A DNA stretch of 64,000 bases. It comes from a virus. The first letter of the stretch is position 1, and every line of letters begins with the position of its first letter. This document shows positions 61,958 through 64,000 of this stretch, one piece after another. Location of the stretch: IMG/VR virus record IMGVR_UViG_3300045988_122168. The stretch is one strand, 5' to 3'. The notes beneath the pieces are model-generated. The model ran no database searches. It was not told the origin of the DNA and worked only from the letters and a program-made list of their open reading frames with translations. The position numbers were made by a program, and so were the translations under genes.

Positions 61958-62196
61958 ATTATCCAGTTATCTCTTAACAAAGAATTCATCTTGTAAATAA
62001 CTTGATTCAACGTGAACCCGGTCACCCGTAGTGTTGAATCGTATTTTATCTCCCATTCCATGTTATCTTTCAAGAAGTTAACGCTCAAGTAACAAGGGTT
62101 GTGATACCTGTCATCTCGAACGAGGGAGTATCTTCTTGCCGTCTCGCTGTCCTCGTTGTTGGAAAACAGGATCGGTGGTGGTAGTTCTACTTGCAT
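61954..62196 (-). CDS. hypothetical protein (80 aa)
   Basis: ATG ORF with a 4-nt overlap downstream. Confidence 0.5.
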   Translation of the reverse strand: MQVELPPPILFSNNEDSETARRYSLVRDDRYHNPCYLSVNFLKDNMEWEIKYDSTLRVTGFTLNQVIYKMNSLLRDNWII

Positions 62197-62198
62197 AT

Positions 62199-62627
62199 TT
62201 ATTCACTTAGTAATTGACTGAAAGTCTTGTTCCCGTACACCGTGTCTTCTAGTCTCACCCTCTCGAACATTCCCTTGTCCATGAATGAACGAATGTCTTC
62301 CGGCTTGCGGGTGGGTGGGAACATCCGGAACTTGGATGGGGGGATGTCATTTTCCATCGTGACAACCACCACCCCGAGACACTTGTAAACCTTGAACTTG
62401 ATAGAGGCGTACAGAACTGCTCTTTTCACCTCGATCAATAGTTTGCTCGTCAAGCGGGAAGATAATTGATTGTAGAGCCTGTAAACGGCTTTCTTGTCGA
62501 ATCCTGTTACCTTCTCGATCACGGGGAGGGGGACTTCTTCCATTTTCAAGGCCACGGCTATCATCTTCTGGCTCCCCTCCACGAGCCGTAGTTCCTTCAT
62601 GAGGTTGTCAACGTTAATTTCCATCAT
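62199..62627 (-). CDS. hypothetical protein (142 aa)
   Basis: ATG ORF in a packed operon. Confidence 0.55.
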   Translation of the reverse strand: MMEINVDNLMKELRLVEGSQKMIAVALKMEEVPLPVIEKVTGFDKKAVYRLYNQLSSRLTSKLLIEVKRAVLYASIKFKVYKCLGVVVVTMENDIPPSKFRMFPPTRKPEDIRSFMDKGMFERVRLEDTVYGNKTFSQLLSE

Positions 62628-62733
62628 CTTTCTCTTGTATCTTGTAAACCGTTCTAAGTGACACGTTGAACACGCTGGCGACTACCTTCTTGTCCATTCC
62701 AACGGATAGCAACGCCATGATGTCAGCCTCCAT
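62614..62733 (-). CDS. 39-aa HTH-like mini-protein (below track cutoff)
   Basis: MEADIMALLSVGMDKKVVASVFNVSLRTVYKIQEKDDGN. GMDKKVVASVFNVSLRTVYKI looks like a Hin/resolvase-type HTH. Confidence 0.45.
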   Translation of the reverse strand: MEADIMALLSVGMDKKVVASVFNVSLRTVYKIQEKDDGN

Positions 62734-62741
62734 GACGGGGG

Positions 62742-62957
62742 TCACTTGTCGAACTTGTCGTCTCTTAATCCTATCCATCTTAGAAAACGATAAAAGGGTT
62801 GGGGGTGTAATCTAATCGTGAGGGTGAGAAACGCCACGGTTCCCATGAAACCCAGTATCATTTCCCCCTCGTTCTCGCAGGCGATCCAGAACCCGGCACT
62901 GAACAGGAGTCCTCCCCACGAGATCAATCTCGATAATAACATGACGTAATCAATCAT
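62742..62957 (-). CDS. two-pass membrane mini-protein (71 aa)
   Basis: ATG 62957 (MIDYVMLLSRLISWGGLLFSAGFWIA...) overlaps the upstream stop by 8 nt. The track start 63053 would overlap the upstream gene by 104 nt. Confidence 0.45.
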   Translation of the reverse strand: MIDYVMLLSRLISWGGLLFSAGFWIACENEGEMILGFMGTVAFLTLTIRLHPQPFYRFLRWIGLRDDKFDK

Positions 62958-63483
62958 TCCCGGTTGGTTTAAGTTGTGATAGCTCGGCTCGCAGGCTTTC
63001 CACTTGATCGCACCCGTTATCTTTTTCTTCTGGCTCCATGTTAATGGATTCAAGGTACGCCTTGTAAGCCTCCGGCCATTCTTGTTCTAGCTTTCTAGTG
63101 GTTCCTATCGTGTTCAGAGTGCAGTTAATCCTGTTAGTCATCTGCTTGATGTCTTGTTTCACGCTCTTTATTTGGTTCACCATGTCCTCGCATTGCATGG
63201 ACGCCTTGTCTATCACCGTGTCGTTCTCTGACACGAACTCGCCAAGGGTGATGTACTTGTCGCTGTAATCGAGATTCCACAGGCAGATGTATTTTGTCGT
63301 TTTCACGAAACCGCTATTCTCTTTCACGAAAGGTAGCAATTCTCTTGGTGTCTCCCCGTCAATGATTTTAACCATCCTTTCCCCGATCTGTTTCTTGATG
63401 TCTTCTATCTTGCTCGTGAGAGGTTCTAGTAATCTTTCCCGGATATTCTTGATGTCTTGTTGTGATAATTTCTTGTGTCTCAT
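62950..63483 (-). CDS. hypothetical protein (177 aa)
   Basis: ATG ORF. Charged and helical-looking. Confidence 0.6.
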   Translation of the reverse strand: MRHKKLSQQDIKNIRERLLEPLTSKIEDIKKQIGERMVKIIDGETPRELLPFVKENSGFVKTTKYICLWNLDYSDKYITLGEFVSENDTVIDKASMQCEDMVNQIKSVKQDIKQMTNRINCTLNTIGTTRKLEQEWPEAYKAYLESINMEPEEKDNGCDQVESLRAELSQLKPTGND

Positions 63484-63495
63484 GATGTTATGTTT

Positions 63496-63705
63496 TTAAA
63501 CTAGTTTCTTGTACCTTCTTCCATCCATTGTAAAAGTGTCCTCGATCTCCATGTCAACGGGTGATAGGAGGTGGAGGATGTTGTATTTTATAGCCTCTAT
63601 CCCGGTGTACAGCTCCCCTCCCTTCAACGTTCTTGTTACCTTCCCGTTCTTCCTCACGGTCATGTTATCGAGGCGGGAGGGGGTTATGTAATACCTTCGT
63701 TTCAT
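63496..63705 (-). CDS. hypothetical protein (69 aa)
   Basis: ATG ORF and first visible gene of the leftward block. Confidence 0.5.
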   Translation of the reverse strand: MKRRYYITPSRLDNMTVRKNGKVTRTLKGGELYTGIEAIKYNILHLLSPVDMEIEDTFTMDGRRYKKLV

Positions 63706-63866
63706 TTTATGGTAACTAACTATGGTAACTATATATCTGATTACACTAGTATTTTTTTTCGAATTTCAAATTATCTGAAACGTACTGAATAGTGTTAGTA
63801 TCCCATTTTCGAACGATGGAATTGTCTTTTAAAACACATTCTATGGTCGAGCGACAATTTATATAT

Positions 63867-64000
63867 GAGTTGTCGTAAGCCTTTACCGTTGAGTTGCCGA
63901 AAGCCTTTACCGTTGAGTTGCCGTAAGCCTGTACCGTTGAGTTGTCGTAAGCCTCTACCGTTGAGTTGCCGGAAGCCTTTACCGTTGAGTTGCCGGAAGC
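63867..64000. repeat. 24-bp tandem repeat array (5.6 units, truncated by the window end)
   Basis: Units GAGTTGYCGNAAGCCTNTACCGTT start at 63867, 63891, 63915, 63939, 63963 and 63987. Only three positions vary. Confidence 0.95.

Noticed and set aside
63867-64000. CRISPR or TIGR-like guide array.
   Set aside because: The units are contiguous 24-mers with only three variable positions. There are no spacers and no interspersed unique segments.

Overview
This 64-kb window reads as a tailed-phage genome segment, probably from a Bacteroidota host. The host call rests on two things seen in the sequence: almost no gene has a Shine-Dalgarno sequence, and nine exact TATATTTG boxes (Bacteroides-type -7 promoter element TAnnTTTG) all sit in intergenic DNA facing the next gene or leader. 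Layout: (i) 1-368, the end of a leftward gene block; (ii) 369-1610, a 1.2-kb non-coding hub with divergent promoters; (iii) 1611-43723, a rightward virion and morphogenesis block. That block holds two giant mosaic tail fibres, a LamG-like protein, a possible lysis cassette, a GroES-like co-chaperonin, terminase large subunit, portal, scaffold-like protein, major capsid protein, a BNR-like 1576-aa protein, a GNAT-like protein and a 2092-aa internal-protein-like giant. An AT-rich solo tnpB (IS605/IS1341-type) element is inserted antisense at 28.4-29.7 kb. (iv) 43.7-47.0 kb holds small accessory and regulatory genes (KilA-N, Rha/ANT antirepressor, ASCH) behind a palindrome-rich intergenic region. 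(v) 47.1-63.7 kb is a densely packed leftward block with a DnaC-like ATPase, a DnaA-C-like HTH protein, two DNA methyltransferase-type genes, a Bro-N/KilAC protein and many small unknowns. It ends in a 24-bp tandem repeat array at the window edge. The most unusual feature is a ~110-nt element present four times (992-1103 minus strand; 1434-1546, 16898-17006 and 26037-26149 plus strand). Its copy-to-copy differences are compensatory in three hairpins and in a loop-to-3'-tail pseudoknot, and it carries two GNRA loops. I read it as a structured RNA that I cannot assign to any known family. Two paralogous long ORF-free, hairpin-dense regions (369-991 and 56145-56829) are a second unexplained RNA-like signal. 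Two homopolymer tracts sit exactly at ORF junctions, which means either slippage or assembly indels. All calls are made by eye from the sequence; no searches or computations were run.
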